Source of the DNA: Phallusia mammillata
Lineage: Eukaryota
Direction of reading: 5' to 3'
Length of the DNA: 64,000 nt
NCBI GenBank assembly: GCA_965637545.1
Contig: OZ281496.1
Span: forward strand, 6,696,001 to 6,760,000
The position numbers were made by a program, and so were the translations under genes. The number at the start of each line of letters is the position of its first letter. The stretch's first letter is position 1. This document shows positions 62,470 to 64,000 of this stretch, piece by piece. The notes below the pieces were generated by a model. The model did not search any database. It saw nothing but the letters and a program-made list of their open reading frames with translations, and had not been told where the DNA came from.

Positions 62470-64000
62470 ATGCCGCGTTACAAAAGCCAAAGAACCGCGT
62501 ACAAACCGTATGATACTGTAAGTAGGCAGCAAAAGTGGTCACGAAACAAGTTGGCCACAGACGATCACATTGTTACACCTGAGTTATCCGACAGCACAGA
62601 AAGTGAAACAACTCCATGTTGGCAAGATTGCTCTGAATCAAGCGAAGACAATCTCTGTACAACATTTGATAATAACTGTACCGAAAGACCAGCACTTACG
62701 TTGCAGCAGGTTTTAACGAACTGGGTATTAACTGAAAGTAATGTACCAAAATTGGCTGTAACCCGACTTTTGAAAAGTCTGCACCAATTTCATGACAATT
62801 TGCCGAAATCCTACAAGACATTGCTTCCAACTCCAGCATTAAACTATCAACAAATGGGTCAAGGTGAATATGTTCACTTTTATAATTGGATAAGCACTCT
62901 CAAAGATGTGCTGTGCACATATGCCTGCTATCAACGTGGGAATGTCAGTTACATGTTAATTATCAATATTGATGGGTTGCCATTATTTGTTCATTCGCCG
63001 GACTACAAATTATACCCGATTCTAGCAACAGTGTATGGAATTAAAATGCGACCGATCTGCATTGGTATATACTGCAGCAACAAGTCTTTGAACAGGGAAA
63101 TGCCCTCACCAGATATCTTTCTGAAGGATTTTTTTGTTGATAATGACTTTCTTAACAGGAACCTTCTTACATCTGACAAAAACAGATTTTATTTGTCTAA
63201 TCATGTTGCATTCATTTGTGATGCTCCTGCTAGATCCACTTTAAAATGTATAAAAACTCACACTGGGTACTCTGCTTGTGAAAGATGTGAAATAGTGGGT
63301 GATTATTGTCATAGAAGAGTTTGCTTGCCTTATAAAAGTTCCAAAAAAGAACTAATCAATCTTTTGTGGCACAAACAGACAATGAACACCATAAGGGAAC
63401 ATCTGTTCTGGTACATCACGGAATCAAAATGGTTTCCAACTTTATACTTGATTACATGCATCTCACTTGTCTTGGTGTCATGAAGCGCTTGCTAAGCTGG
63501 TGGAAAGGTGTCTCCCTAGGTGCGAAAGATGTCCCTCAGTTCTTCAGCCGCATTTGTTTAATAAATAGTTATATATATCTGTTGTGTTTCAGACAGTTCC
63601 TGGGTAAATTGTCTCCTGGAGCTGTGTGTTCTAAACGAAGCAATTTCAGAAGTAAAAGAAAACATTCCTGTTGAACTTAAAAGAAAGATGAGAAACCTTC
63701 GTGATTTAGCGTACTCGAAAGCATCTCAGCTTAGGTTATTTATGCTTTACATTGGGATTGTAATCCTTAAAAACAAAAAGATCATGTCTCGTAAAATGTA
63801 TTGTCATTTTTTACAGTTTTCATTGCCAATGCGATATTTGTTAAAAACTAATTGTACAGATGAGGAGTTGTTTTTTTGTAATGAACAACTCTTTAGTTTT
63901 GATTTAAATTGGAATGACATTTATGGCAAAGCTTTTGTATCTTATAACGTTCATAGGATTACTAACTTGCCAGGTGACTATAACCTTTATGGTTCTCTCG
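62470..64000 (+). mobile_element. EnSpm/CACTA (CMC)-like transposase, one frameshift, probable intron, runs off the window
   Basis: INIDGLPLF, ICDAPARSTLKCIKTHTGYSACERC, RTNQSF..EHH, DYMHLTCLGVMKRLL, KASQLRLFMLY, SYNVH, YGSL. Frameshift in an A6 run near 63343. GT-AG intron about 63508-63593. Confidence 0.85.

Noticed and set aside
1-64000. tRNA, rRNA or bacterial/viral genes
   Set aside because: No cloverleaf with A/B boxes, rRNA-like segment or operon-like gene density was recognised.

Overview
AT-rich, intron-dense eukaryotic DNA. Many 55-70 nt introns plus intelectin genes suggest an ascidian or other invertebrate chordate (inference). Three interleaved components are present. (1) A tandem birth-and-death cluster of unusual intelectin (X-type lectin) genes on the + strand: copy A (79-3446, 5' end outside the window, intact), copy B (12571-17271, pseudogene), copy C (26169-30582, complete and intact), and at least four decayed fragments. 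Copy C reads as a type II transmembrane protein with a Tyr-motif cytoplasmic tail and a Thr-rich repeat-exon stalk. In all three copies the intelectin domain is split by a six-exon module (237 codons in copy A) flanked by phase-1 introns. (2) Four KRAB-less C2H2 zinc-finger arrays, one intact (51080-51907) and three disrupted, carried in segmental duplications. (3) Transposons: a recent BEL/Pao LTR element (43181-50501, 5-bp TSD, one frameshift), Penelope-like elements of two families with inverted pseudo-LTRs and minimal hammerhead ribozymes, four hAT-type MITEs with 8-bp TSDs, a Gypsy remnant, and an EnSpm/CACTA-like transposase running off the right edge. A duplicated candidate small secreted-peptide gene lies on the - strand at about 21.4-23.8 kb. 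All gene models were spliced and translated by hand; no database searches were run.
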